Shown piece by piece: positions 1 to 9,217 of a stretch of DNA of 64,000 bases. The DNA comes from an uncultured Planctomycetota bacterium (GTDB taxonomy: Bacteria > Planctomycetota > Planctomycetia > Isosphaerales > Isosphaeraceae), in the NCBI GenBank assembly GCA_963823665.1, contig CAWGMQ010000003.1:832001-896000 (forward strand), in the 5' to 3' direction. Positions within the stretch are counted from its first letter, which is position 1, and every line of letters starts with the position of its first letter. Under the pieces are notes generated by a model. It saw only the letters and a list, made by a program, of their open reading frames with translations, was not told the DNA's origin and did no database searches. The translations under genes were made by a program, and so were the position numbers.

Positions 1-359
1 TGATCGTGCTGCGTGATCGGCTCCTCGAGGGAATCCGCAGCCGGCTGTCTGACATTCGCTTGAACGGGCATCCCGTCGATCGACTGCCTGGCAATCTCAA
101 TCTCAGTTTCGAGGGCGTCGATGGCGAGGCGCTCATGATGGCGATGCGCGACGTGGCGGTCAGCTCGGGTTCGGCATGCTCCTCGACCAACCCCGAGCCC
201 AGCCATGTCCTCCTGGCGATGGGCCTCACCGACGATCTGGCGCGCGCCAGCCTCCGATTCGGCCTGGGGCGCTTCACAACCTCCGAAGAAGTCGATTTTG
301 CCGCGCAGGAGGTCGGAGGGGCCGTCGAGCGTCTCCGCGAGTTGGGTGTTGCCTGGTGA
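1..359 (+). CDS. iscS: Cysteine desulfurase (IscS/NifS type), 3' part; 5' end lies outside the window
   Basis: RLPGNLNLSF, VAVSSGSACSS (catalytic Cys loop), EPSHVLLAMG and SLRFGLGRFTT motifs; followed by iscA. Confidence 0.93.
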   Translation, partial: IVLRDRLLEGIRSRLSDIRLNGHPVDRLPGNLNLSFEGVDGEALMMAMRDVAVSSGSACSSTNPEPSHVLLAMGLTDDLARASLRFGLGRFTTSEEVDFAAQEVGGAVERLRELGVAW

Positions 360-463
360 ACCCCGAATAGCGCATGATTTGACAACCTGGTATGATTGTT
401 TAACGAGATCGAAGGCGCCGGATCCGGCGGCCGAATGATTCCAATTCAAAAGGAGATGCTGCG

Positions 464-793
464 ATGGGTGTAATCCTGACCGAAAAAGCTGCGACCGAAG
501 TCAAGAAAATCATCACCGAACAGAACTTGCCGGAAGGCACCGTCCTCCGCGTCGGCGTGCAGGGCGGCGGATGCAGCGGCTTTTCGTACAGCCTCGGGTT
601 CGATACGAGCACCTCTGAGAAAGATCGAGTCCAGGACGTCCATGGCGTGAAGCTGGCCGTCGAGAAGAAATTCGATCCCTATCTCGAGGGAACGGTCGTC
701 GACTACTACGACGGGCTGGAGAAGCGCGGGTTCGTCTTCAACAACCCGAATGTCGTCAAGTCGTGCGGCTGCGGCAGCTCGTTCCAGGTTTGA
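464..793 (+). CDS. iscA: HesB/IscA family Fe-S cluster assembly accessory protein
   Basis: GGGCSGFSY and C-terminal CGCGSSF motifs; AGGAG RBS upstream. Confidence 0.95.
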   Translation: MGVILTEKAATEVKKIITEQNLPEGTVLRVGVQGGGCSGFSYSLGFDTSTSEKDRVQDVHGVKLAVEKKFDPYLEGTVVDYYDGLEKRGFVFNNPNVVKSCGCGSSFQV

Positions 794-1110
794 ACGGACA
801 GTGAGCGAGGCCGTTCGGGCGTTGTCCGCCCGGGGCCAGCTCGTTCGCCACTCGACCGATCCCCGGCTCATCCCTTCCAGGCTCGCCCTGGAAGGGTTCT
901 GATCGGGGTGCGTAGACCGGTCGTATCGCCATCCGCAAGCGGACCGGGATCGGCCGTCGCCAGACCCCGTTCGCGTAAGATCCCGAGCGTTCCTTATGAC
1001 GCGCACGATCGATTCAACCACCACCCAAAAATGGGCTCGGCTCCGTCGCTCTTCTGACGATCAACTCGACTGGTACTATAGAATGTCCATCAGAGGAGCC
1101 CGAGACTTTC

Positions 1111-4100
1111 ATGCCTTCACACCGCGCCACGCACAAGCCGCGCGGCGATCGACGTCGCCGGCAGCTTCTTCCCACCCTCGTGCAGCTCGAAGTACGACTG
1201 GTGCCAACGCTCACGCTGCCGGGTATCGAGGGTGTCGCCTACGACTCTTCGGGTGACATCTTCGTCAGCTACGACAGCTCCACGGCGTACTCGGGCCAGC
1301 AGCAATCCGTGGCCGAGATCAACGCGAGCGGCTTCCTGGCAAGCTATAGCGTATTCGGTACGACCGGCGCGTCTGCATTTCCCGGCACGTTGACCGCGGT
1401 CAACTCATCAGCTTCGCTCCCAGGCGTCGAAAGCGGAGCCGACATCCTCGAGCTCCAGCCCAACGGTCAGCTTTTCGACTTCAACCCCGAAAGCGGTGCG
1501 TCTTCGCAGCTCGACAACCTGGCAAGCTACACCGCGACTGCGTCGAACGTTTATGACGTGCAGACAGGCGCCTCCGTCAATCTGAGCAGCCAGATCAATC
1601 TCGCGAACGCCACATTCGGCGATTTCGGCGTCTACGACAGCTCGCTCGTCGTCTCGGCCGAGTCCAACAATTGGGACTTCGTGATGCGGGTGACCTACGG
1701 CTCAGCCGTGCCGGGGACAGCCGCCGTGCTCGTTGCTGGTCCGGCCAGCGACGGTCTCTCTACCTCACCCGAGGGTGTTGCGGTGGACTCAGCGGGCACC
1801 GTGCTTACCACGCTTCCCTACACCGAGCCCGGGTCAGGCACGGTGATTCACGTGCCGGTGGGATTCAGCCTGTTCTACGACTCGGGTGGCACCCCCACGC
1901 CGTTCGTGCCCAAACTGGGGCTCACGACGACACCGGATTTCGACGCCGGGGCGATCACCGTTGATTCACAGAACAATTTCATCCTCGGCCTGACCGATTC
2001 GTCGCTCATTGGCGGCGGCGGCGGGGTCGCCCACATCAACTCGGCGCTCAATGCCTTCCTCGCCGATCCCCTCCCTTACTCCGCAGAAATTCCGGCCGGA
2101 ATCGCTTTCAGCGACGCGGGAGGAACAAATTCGCTGGCGTTTACCGATTCGAATTCAGATCAGTTCCAGGATCCTGATGCCGACACACTCACGACGGCTG
2201 GCGAGCTGCCGCTCTTCAGCGGTCAGGCCAGCCCTTCGCAGCTTCGCGCTGCCTACGGCATCAACCAGATCAACTTCATTGGACCCGGCGGCACCACCGT
2301 CGCGGGCACGGGCGCCGGCCAGACGATCGCCATCGTCGAAGAGGGCGTCGATCCTTCGCTCGAAGCCGATCTGACCACCTTCGACCAGTACTTCGACATC
2401 CCCGCGCCACCCAGCTTCCAGATCGTGGACCAGAATAATTCCAGCACCCAGAATCCGGATATCATCGCCGAGGCTTCGCTCGACGTCGAGTGGGCGCATG
2501 CGATCGCCCCCGGTGCGTCGATCGTCGTCTACAATTCACAATGGCTGCCTACGAATGGGACCCAGTCACTCGAGAACCTGCTCGAAGCCATGCACCAGGC
2601 CTCGAATCTTCCAGGGGTTTCGGTGGTCACCCTGAGCTACGGTGAGGACGAGTATTCGATCCAGGATTCCGGGCTGTCGGAGACGTCGTTCGACTCGTAT
2701 TTCACCACCCCGAACGTGACTTTCCTGGCCGCGTCGGGTGATACGGGCATCTACGGCAGCGGCAGTCCTCGCCAGGTCGTGGCCGATTATCCGTCCGCCT
2801 CGCCGAATGTCGTCTCCGTCGGCGGTACATCGATCGTCATCGATTCGGCCGGCGCCTATCCGGGCACCGGCCCCTCCGGCGAGGTCGCCTGGGGCGCGGG
2901 GACCCAAAGCTGGAGCGCATCCGCAGGCGGAGGAGGCGGCGGCGGCCTGAGCGCCTACGAGGCGGAGCCCGCTTGGCAGACGGGCGTTGTCTCCAGCGCC
3001 CAGGATCCAAACGACGCCCGCGCCCTACCCGACGTCTCCATGGACTCGGGCGCTGCCCAGGAGTATGACGTCTTCACGAGCACGCTCGGCGCTTCCTCAG
3101 ACTCGCCTGCCGCCGTCGGCTGGCTCGGCGACGCGGGCACGAGCGCGGCGTCACCCATCTGGGCCGGCTTGATTGCCATCGCCGACCAGGGCCGGGCCCT
3201 CGCCGGCGGCACACCCCTGACCGGCTACACCCAAACCCTGCCCGCGCTTTACTCGCTCCCGGCAGCCGATTTCCACGATATCGTCTATGGCAGCAATGGC
3301 GACTCCGCCGGGCCCGGCTACGACCTGACCAGCGGGCGCGGCACGCCGGTCGCCAACCTGCTCGTTCCCGCGCTCGCCGATTACGGGCTCGCCAGCCAGA
3401 TGTCGATCAAGACCGAGCCACCGTCAAGCATCACCGCCAACACGGGCTTCGGACTGACCGTCCAGGTTGAAGACAGCTCGGGAAACCTGGCGAGCGGCAG
3501 CTATGTGACCGTCGCCCTCGGCTCGGACCCGACGGACATTACCTTGGGCGGCACCCTCACGGCGCCGGTCGTGAACGGCCTGGCCACCTTCTCGAACCTG
3601 ACGATCAGCCAACCAGATTCCGGCTATACGCTGACGGTCACCGACAACAGCTTCGCCGGCTCGCTGACAACGACAGCCATTGACGTAACACCCCCCGCGT
3701 CCACCCAGTCACCGGCAACGCTCACTCTCACCAACCTGAACTTCACCTACAACGGCTCACCCCAATTCGCGGCCGTCACGACGGACCCGGCGGGACTTTC
3801 GGGCGTCACCATCTCCTACGCCCAGAACGGCGTGGCGGTCGCCGATCCGACGCACGCGGGCGACTACACGGTCACCGCCACGCTCAATAACGCGAATTAC
3901 GTGGCGACGCCCGAGAGCGGAACCCTGGTCATCAACCAGGCGACGCCCACGATCAACTGGGCCGCTCCCGCGAACATCACCGTGGGCACACGGCTGAGCT
4001 CGGCCCAGCTCGATGCGACTGCGACCTTTAACGGAACGTCGCTGCCGGGCGGGTTTGACTACACGCCCGCCGTCGGCGCGTTGCTGCCCGTGGGCGACAC

Positions 4101-4602
4101 TCAAACCTTGAAGGTCGTCTTCACGCCGGGCGACACGACGGATTTCACGACCGCGATGGGCTCTGTGGCGATCAACGTACTGCCGCCGCCACCGCCGCCG
4201 CCTCCCAAAGTTCAGATCATCGGCGAGCGGCCCGTCTTCCGGCGCAAGCTGAACAAACATGGCAAACCCGTCGGCGCGGAAATCCTGACAGGTTTCACGC
4301 TCGACTTCAACATGCCCCTTTCCGTCCCGGCCGTCACGGATACGGCCAATTACCAATTCGACACCAACACGACCAAGACGGTGAAGCACAGAGTCGAACG
4401 CGTGCTGAAGCCGATCGTGAACTTCACCGTCAGCTACACGCCCGCGACCGACTCTGTGACGCTCGAGCTTGGCGGCACTGCGACGTTCCCACTGGGAGGA
4501 CAGCTCACCGTGCTCTCCGGCGTGACGGGCGGCTCGGGCGACGTGCTCAGCGGAACGAGCATATTCAAGATCACGGCCGGTGGGAAAAAGGTCGAGCCCT
4601 GA
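1111..4602 (+). CDS. Exported S53 (sedolisin/kumamolisin-like) peptidase with Ig/MBG-like C-terminal modules
   Basis: EASLDVEWAHAIAP, ASGDTG, PDVSMD and GTSAASP motifs; GYDLTSGRGTP Ca-site; basic N-terminus with LEVRLVP motif; poly-Pro linker before the last domain. Confidence 0.85.
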   Translation: MPSHRATHKPRGDRRRRQLLPTLVQLEVRLVPTLTLPGIEGVAYDSSGDIFVSYDSSTAYSGQQQSVAEINASGFLASYSVFGTTGASAFPGTLTAVNSSASLPGVESGADILELQPNGQLFDFNPESGASSQLDNLASYTATASNVYDVQTGASVNLSSQINLANATFGDFGVYDSSLVVSAESNNWDFVMRVTYGSAVPGTAAVLVAGPASDGLSTSPEGVAVDSAGTVLTTLPYTEPGSGTVIHVPVGFSLFYDSGGTPTPFVPKLGLTTTPDFDAGAITVDSQNNFILGLTDSSLIGGGGGVAHINSALNAFLADPLPYSAEIPAGIAFSDAGGTNSLAFTDSNSDQFQDPDADTLTTAGELPLFSGQASPSQLRAAYGINQINFIGPGGTTVAGTGAGQTIAIVEEGVDPSLEADLTTFDQYFDIPAPPSFQIVDQNNSSTQNPDIIAEASLDVEWAHAIAPGASIVVYNSQWLPTNGTQSLENLLEAMHQASNLPGVSVVTLSYGEDEYSIQDSGLSETSFDSYFTTPNVTFLAASGDTGIYGSGSPRQVVADYPSASPNVVSVGGTSIVIDSAGAYPGTGPSGEVAWGAGTQSWSASAGGGGGGGLSAYEAEPAWQTGVVSSAQDPNDARALPDVSMDSGAAQEYDVFTSTLGASSDSPAAVGWLGDAGTSAASPIWAGLIAIADQGRALAGGTPLTGYTQTLPALYSLPAADFHDIVYGSNGDSAGPGYDLTSGRGTPVANLLVPALADYGLASQMSIKTEPPSSITANTGFGLTVQVEDSSGNLASGSYVTVALGSDPTDITLGGTLTAPVVNGLATFSNLTISQPDSGYTLTVTDNSFAGSLTTTAIDVTPPASTQSPATLTLTNLNFTYNGSPQFAAVTTDPAGLSGVTISYAQNGVAVADPTHAGDYTVTATLNNANYVATPESGTLVINQATPTINWAAPANITVGTRLSSAQLDATATFNGTSLPGGFDYTPAVGALLPVGDTQTLKVVFTPGDTTDFTTAMGSVAINVLPPPPPPPPKVQIIGERPVFRRKLNKHGKPVGAEILTGFTLDFNMPLSVPAVTDTANYQFDTNTTKTVKHRVERVLKPIVNFTVSYTPATDSVTLELGGTATFPLGGQLTVLSGVTGGSGDVLSGTSIFKITAGGKKVEP

Positions 4603-4654
4603 TCTCCGGCGCGCACTTCCGACGTTGAAGTTCGATCACTGAGCTGCGCTGGGA

Positions 4655-4745
4655 TCAGATGCGGCAAGCCGGGGGCAACGATACGTGCTAGTCGAGCCAT
4701 TGCCGAAGAACACCAAGCACACTGCTGGCGGTCAACAATTCGGTT
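4655..4745 (-). pseudogene. 5' stub of a RAYT/IS200-like Y1 transposase (copy 1)
   Basis: Encodes MARLARIVAPGLPH, a typical RAYT N-terminus, then breaks off; near-identical to 7726-7812. Confidence 0.65.
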
Positions 4746-5082
4746 TTGCTGGCCTGTCCACTCAGGCCAGCGGTCATGCGCCAGGAGGGGCGAAGCGAGT
4801 CACGGAAGCTGGGGTTGGCTCTGCCCGGGAGCGAATTGGCCTTGTGCGTTTTCGGAGCTTCGATGATAAAAAAACTGCCAAGACCCTACTTTCGTGCGTC
4901 TTTCTGCGATTCAGACGGGTTGCCTTCCCTCGCACAACACCCCTGGCACGGAGCGGCAATATCGGACTCCTCCCCGAAGTCGAACCGTTTCCCCTCGGTG
5001 CGCCTGCGAGGCCTAACTCAAACTTGATCTCTGGCCAGGTTATCTCGCCTGCACCCTAGGCTCGCTCAAGCATGGAGGCGCG

Positions 5083-6252
5083 ATGATGGGATGGTTCTTC
5101 TCCGCAATGAAGTCGCTCCGGCGTCCATCACGGGAATTGCCGCGGGCGCCGAAACGCAACCGGTCGTGGAACGTCGAAGACCTCGAGGGGCGCCGGCTGC
5201 TGTCGCAGGCGTTTCAGTCGGTCGCGACCTTGCCCGTCAATGGCTTCGTGACGACCAACATGGTCTCGGGCCCAGGTGGGGACTTGTGGGTTGCCGCCAA
5301 CTCGAGCTCGGGCGCCTCGACGATGGAACGGATCGGCCTCAACGGCTCGGTCACGTCGTTCGCCGTGCCCGGCAATCTGATCATCAGCGCGCTGGCCGTG
5401 GGGCCGGACGGCAACGTGTGGTTCGTCGGCACCAGCAACCTCGACAGCGGGAACGCCAAAACCAGCAGACAGCTCGTTGTCGGCGAGGTGACTCCGAACG
5501 GTCAGTTCACCGAGTACCCGCCGATACCCGTGGCCAGTGGACAAGGCGGTGCGGCCGACGCGACGCTCACCACGGGGCCCGACGGCGACCTGTGGTTCAT
5601 TTACACGGTCGTCGGCAACACGCCCTCAAGCGGGAACGTCCTCACCCAGAACTTCATCGGACGGGTGACGGCCGCCGGGTCGGTCACACTGTTCCCCGTC
5701 TCCTCGTATAGCACCGATACGGGAGAGATGTATTCGCTCGCGGCAGGATCCGACGGTAATCTCTGGTTCACCGAGCAACTCAGTCAAGAGTGGGTGCTTG
5801 GCCGGATGACCCCGAATGGCGTCATGACTCAGTTTCCGCTCGGTCTGAATTCAGCGCACTGGGCGGCCGACGTGGCGGACGGGTCGAACGGGAGCCTCGT
5901 TCTGGTCGATCAAAGCCTTCTCCACCTGCGCGAGCTCGACGTCATCCGAGTGTCCACAGCCGGCGTCATGACGCCGTACAAGATCCCGGCGGCCAGCGCC
6001 GATGCATTCGCGGAGTACCTGGGTACGGACGACAGATCGGTCTGGTTCTCGAACATCCTCAGAGGGGGAACCACGATCGGCCGGATCACTCCGAGCGGCG
6101 TGGCCAAGGTTTATAGCGTGTCCGACGTCGTTCTCGGCCCGAACAGCCAACTCCAGTCGATGGTCCTTGGACCCAACGGCAAGCTGTACGTGCTGGTGCA
6201 GGGTGAGACCAAGACGTGGCTGTATCGCCTATCGCCGGGTGAGCTCCATTGA
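5083..6252 (+). CDS. Exported Vgb-like beta-propeller protein
   Basis: Repeated GPDGNxWF motifs; N-terminal LEGRRLLS motif; GGAGG RBS. Confidence 0.8.
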   Translation: MMGWFFSAMKSLRRPSRELPRAPKRNRSWNVEDLEGRRLLSQAFQSVATLPVNGFVTTNMVSGPGGDLWVAANSSSGASTMERIGLNGSVTSFAVPGNLIISALAVGPDGNVWFVGTSNLDSGNAKTSRQLVVGEVTPNGQFTEYPPIPVASGQGGAADATLTTGPDGDLWFIYTVVGNTPSSGNVLTQNFIGRVTAAGSVTLFPVSSYSTDTGEMYSLAAGSDGNLWFTEQLSQEWVLGRMTPNGVMTQFPLGLNSAHWAADVADGSNGSLVLVDQSLLHLRELDVIRVSTAGVMTPYKIPAASADAFAEYLGTDDRSVWFSNILRGGTTIGRITPSGVAKVYSVSDVVLGPNSQLQSMVLGPNGKLYVLVQGETKTWLYRLSPGELH

Positions 6253-6435
6253 GGACAACTGCGCGGTGGCGGCGCGTCGGAGCGGAGGGAACTGGTTACC
6301 GGCTGACCGGAATGGCCTTTCCCCGTGACCGCAGTGCCACGCGAGTTCTGAAACGGCTCGGAATAGCTTGCGATCGGCGGCTCTGGAGATAGAATCAATG
6401 AAGTGTCAATCGCTCAGGTTCGTTGGGGTCATTTC

Positions 6436-6696
6436 ATGACCCTCCCGATCACCATCACGATCACCGCGACGGCGCACGATCACTTCCGTGCCGAGACGCC
6501 GGGCGGGCCCGTCGAAGCCAGTTCCCTGCGTGAGCTGGGTGATCGCTTGAGGGATTTCCTCGCAAGTCTTGAGGAGGAATCTGCGTCCGACCTCGTGGAT
6601 CTGGCCAGACTTTCCAGTTCGGCGACCGACCAAACCACCTTACTTGAACTGGCCCGGACATCCCCGCCCCCAGACGCCTGGTTCGGCGCCGACTGA
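6436..6696 (+). CDS. Small acidic hypothetical protein, antitoxin-like
   Basis: 86 aa ORF ending SPPPDAWFGAD, directly upstream of a PemK-like C-terminal remnant. Confidence 0.45.
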   Translation: MTLPITITITATAHDHFRAETPGGPVEASSLRELGDRLRDFLASLEEESASDLVDLARLSSSATDQTTLLELARTSPPPDAWFGAD

Positions 6697-6835
6697 GGGA
6701 GGCTGCGCTGACAGGAAGTGCGCGGGCAATGTCGAAGGGGTTTTTATATGGGATGCCATCGGGCACGTCCCACCCGACGGCATGCGGAGGATCGACGAGG
6801 CCATCCGGCGCCATCGGGGCGACTCAGAACACTAG
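6697..6835 (+). pseudogene. Possible C-terminal remnant of a PemK/MazF toxin
   Basis: IGHVPPDGMRRIDEAIRRH resembles the last helix of PemK/MazF proteins; no start codon or N-terminal half. Confidence 0.35.
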
Positions 6836-7560
6836 CCTGCGCCCCCGGCCATTTTCCGGAGGCGATCATTCGCGAAATACTGAGCCTGACCTTCTTCGAT
6901 GGCTTGCAGAACAAGACCGGCGACGAATTCGGGCTTGTCACCATCGGCGTAACTGGCCGCCGGCCCGCCGCCGCCTGGATTCCCCATCCTGTTCTTGCCG
7001 AAGTTTGTGGCGGTGATGAACGGATAGATTTCACTGACGACGATGCGGTCCTTTTCCAGCTCGGCGCGTGCCGTGAGGCTGAAACCCAAGAGCGCCCGCT
7101 TCGAAGCCGAGTACACGCTGTACTCCGGAATCGTCATGAACGCGGTCCCCGAATTGATGTTTACAATGCTTCCACCACCCTGGGCCCGCATCACCGGAAT
7201 CACGGTCTGCATCGCGACAATCGGTCCCAGCACATTGAGATGGAAGATTTCGTCAAACAGGGCGGGATCGATCTCCTCTATTGCGGCCGCATAGCTGCGC
7301 CCTGCGTTATTTACGAGCCCATCGACGCGGCCGAAATGCTGGTGCACGGCGCGTACGGCTTCCCGCACGCGATCAAACTTCGTCATGTCCACCGTGACAG
7401 GCACGCTTCCCGGAAGCTGCTGCGCCAATTTTTCTAACGCGTCACTGCTGCGAGCGAGCAGGGCCACTTTCGCGCCGCGATCAGACAGAGCAATCGCCGT
7501 TGACAGCCCGATCCCCGACGAAGCGCCGGTAACAATAAATACGTGATCCTTGATTTGCAT
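6832..7560 (-). CDS. SDR family oxidoreductase
   Basis: TGASSGIG, NNAG and YSASK motifs; ATG at 7560 preceded by AGGGAG. Confidence 0.9.
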   Translation of the reverse strand: MQIKDHVFIVTGASSGIGLSTAIALSDRGAKVALLARSSDALEKLAQQLPGSVPVTVDMTKFDRVREAVRAVHQHFGRVDGLVNNAGRSYAAAIEEIDPALFDEIFHLNVLGPIVAMQTVIPVMRAQGGGSIVNINSGTAFMTIPEYSVYSASKRALLGFSLTARAELEKDRIVVSEIYPFITATNFGKNRMGNPGGGGPAASYADGDKPEFVAGLVLQAIEEGQAQYFANDRLRKMAGGAG

Positions 7561-7569
7561 CGTTTGGTC

Positions 7570-7685
7570 TCCCTGACTTGATGTAAAGACCGGGTTGACG
7601 CCGCGCTTGGCGGGGCTCAGTACGGTGTTGCGGCCGATACTGCGACTGCCACCTATGATAATCGCGATCTTATTTTGTGAAAGTA
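7570..7685 (-). pseudogene. N-terminal fragment of a second SDR gene
   Basis: QNKIAIIIGGSRSIGRNTVLSPAKRG is a degenerate Rossmann glycine motif, in frame with and upstream of the intact SDR. Confidence 0.5.
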
Positions 7686-7830
7686 CGTCAGTTTGCTGCC
7701 GACGGCTTCCCCTCTGAGTCATATGATGCGACAAGCCGCGGGCGACGATACGTGCTCATCGAGCCATTGCCGAAGAGCACCAATGCACACTGCTGGCGGT
7801 CAAGAATTCGGTATGGTGTCCCCGGAACTC
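7686..7830 (-). mobile_element. RAYT-type transposase 5' stub (copy 2) with terminal TATGGTGTCCCCGGAACTC sequence
   Basis: Translates MAR*ARIVARGLSHHMTQRGSRRQQ from ATG at 7767 (RAYT 'HHxTQRGxxRQ' motif); GGTGTCCCCGGAA motif within 7812-7830. Confidence 0.7.
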
Positions 7831-8795
7831 TGGCGAGCAGCGGCCAGTGGCTTTGACACCAACTCGACCAGTTCTTTTCGTAGCTCGAGTTCCTCGGCCT
7901 CATTGTCCTGTGGCCAGAATTATTCCGGGTGGACGAAGAGCGACCCCTTTGCGGGCGGCTTGGCGTTTTTGAGAAGCGCCTCGAGGCCAGGGTAACGTTT
8001 TGGGGCGGTTACGTAACGCTTCCAGGCCGTTTTCCAAACCGTCTTGGGCTGGAGCCCCAGTTTCTCGGCTGCGGCGAGCTCGCCGTCGCGAGCGGGGTCG
8101 AAATCATAGTCGGCGATACACCGGCTGCGCAACGCTTCCCATCGGGCTGGCTCCCATTTGTTGCGAGCCTCCTGCGGCTGCGACATCCACGAGAGCAGGT
8201 CATCCACCACGTCGACGCTCACGATCGAGTCGAAGTAGATGCTGTTCAACTCCCCGGCTGCGGACTTGGCTTGCAGGTCGGCGACGGGCACGTCGGCCAG
8301 TTTTTCGACGGCCCGGCGCAGGGAGGCTGCCGTCGTCTGGTCTCGGGCAACCTTTAGATTGAGCCCGCCTTTCTCGGTCTGGAGGTAGGCGGCGACAGTC
8401 CAGTCTTTTGAGTTGGCCTGCGACCAGACCACGCCCCGATACTGCAATTCGGCCAGGGGCTTCAATTCGTGCGGACAGTCCTCGGTCGCGCGCAAGGTCG
8501 CCCGGCTCACGGCAGGCAGGTAGATGATCGGCACAGTGCCGGGTGGCAGCGTCACATCGGCGATCTTTCCGGCTAGAACGCAGCGCAGCCAGATCGCCGG
8601 GCCGGACCGGTGAGCGGGATGGTAGGGTCCGAACATCAGGAACTGAGGGAGGGCTGCGCGTAAGCGCGAGGCGAGCGTCTCCCACTCCTTCTTTTCATCG
8701 GGCCAGAGGACGGCGGCGGGCTGGTTGGTGTCGTCGCGGTTGTAGTCGGCGGCCTTCTGGAGTGAGGTCAGCAGGCTGTCTAGCACAGTCAGCAT
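7831..8795 (-). pseudogene. pglZ: BREX phosphatase PglZ (type B-like), N-terminal part, with a nonsense codon and truncation
   Basis: PAAVLWPD, GPAIWLRC, PIIYLPAVSR, LKPLAELQYRGVVWSQ and DWTVAAYL motifs; homology continues past TAA (7920-7922) as FWPQDNEAEELELRKEL up to 7831. Confidence 0.8.
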
Positions 8796-8824
8796 CGTTC
8801 ACTTTTTCCTTGTGTTCCAAGGAT

Positions 8825-8884
8825 CAGAAGAAGGCCCCTTCTTCCATCAGCTCCGACCGAGTGATTCACCAGCGTCCGATTCAT
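8825..8884 (-). pseudogene. Collapsed gene retaining only its start and end, probably an HNH-type partner of the upstream gene
   Basis: ATG overlaps the upstream stop (ATGA) and reads MNRTLV; another frame gives RSELMEEGAFF*, resembling planctomycete HNH protein C-termini. Confidence 0.35.
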
Positions 8885-9180
8885 TCGTCACCGGATTCAA
8901 GATCGCGGGCCGCCTTCAATGAACGGCGCGCTTTCGACTGAAAAATCCCGAGCGTCTGGCCGACGCGAATGTAGTTGTCGAGCTCGACTTCTTCCTCGAG
9001 ATTGAGCTTTCCCTGACGGTTCTTGGCCGCGAGCCGGTTCATCCGCGCGCGGTCTGAAGCGCTGAAGCGCATGCGCAGGATCGCTTTTGCCGCGTCGACG
9101 GAGCGGAACGGTTGCTCGGGGTCAACCACTCGACGTAGGATCGCCATCTCACTGGTCGTGACGGTCGCTGTTTTGGGCAT
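8881..9180 (-). CDS. Small hypothetical protein (planctomycete antitoxin-like family)
   Basis: AILRRVVDP...AAKAILRMRFS..DRARMNRLAAKNRQGKL..EE..ELDNYIRVG..L..QSKAR pattern; AGGAG RBS before ATG 9180. Confidence 0.7.
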   Translation of the reverse strand: MPKTATVTTSEMAILRRVVDPEQPFRSVDAAKAILRMRFSASDRARMNRLAAKNRQGKLNLEEEVELDNYIRVGQTLGIFQSKARRSLKAARDLESGDE

Positions 9181-9217
9181 GGCGCGCTCCTGTGTTCGCT
9201 GCATCATACGAAATTAG

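Noticed and set aside
6832..7734. 300-aa SDR with an N-terminal extension
   Set aside because: The extension is a chance in-frame join of a RAYT stub and a second SDR fragment; the real start is the ATG at 7560 with an RBS
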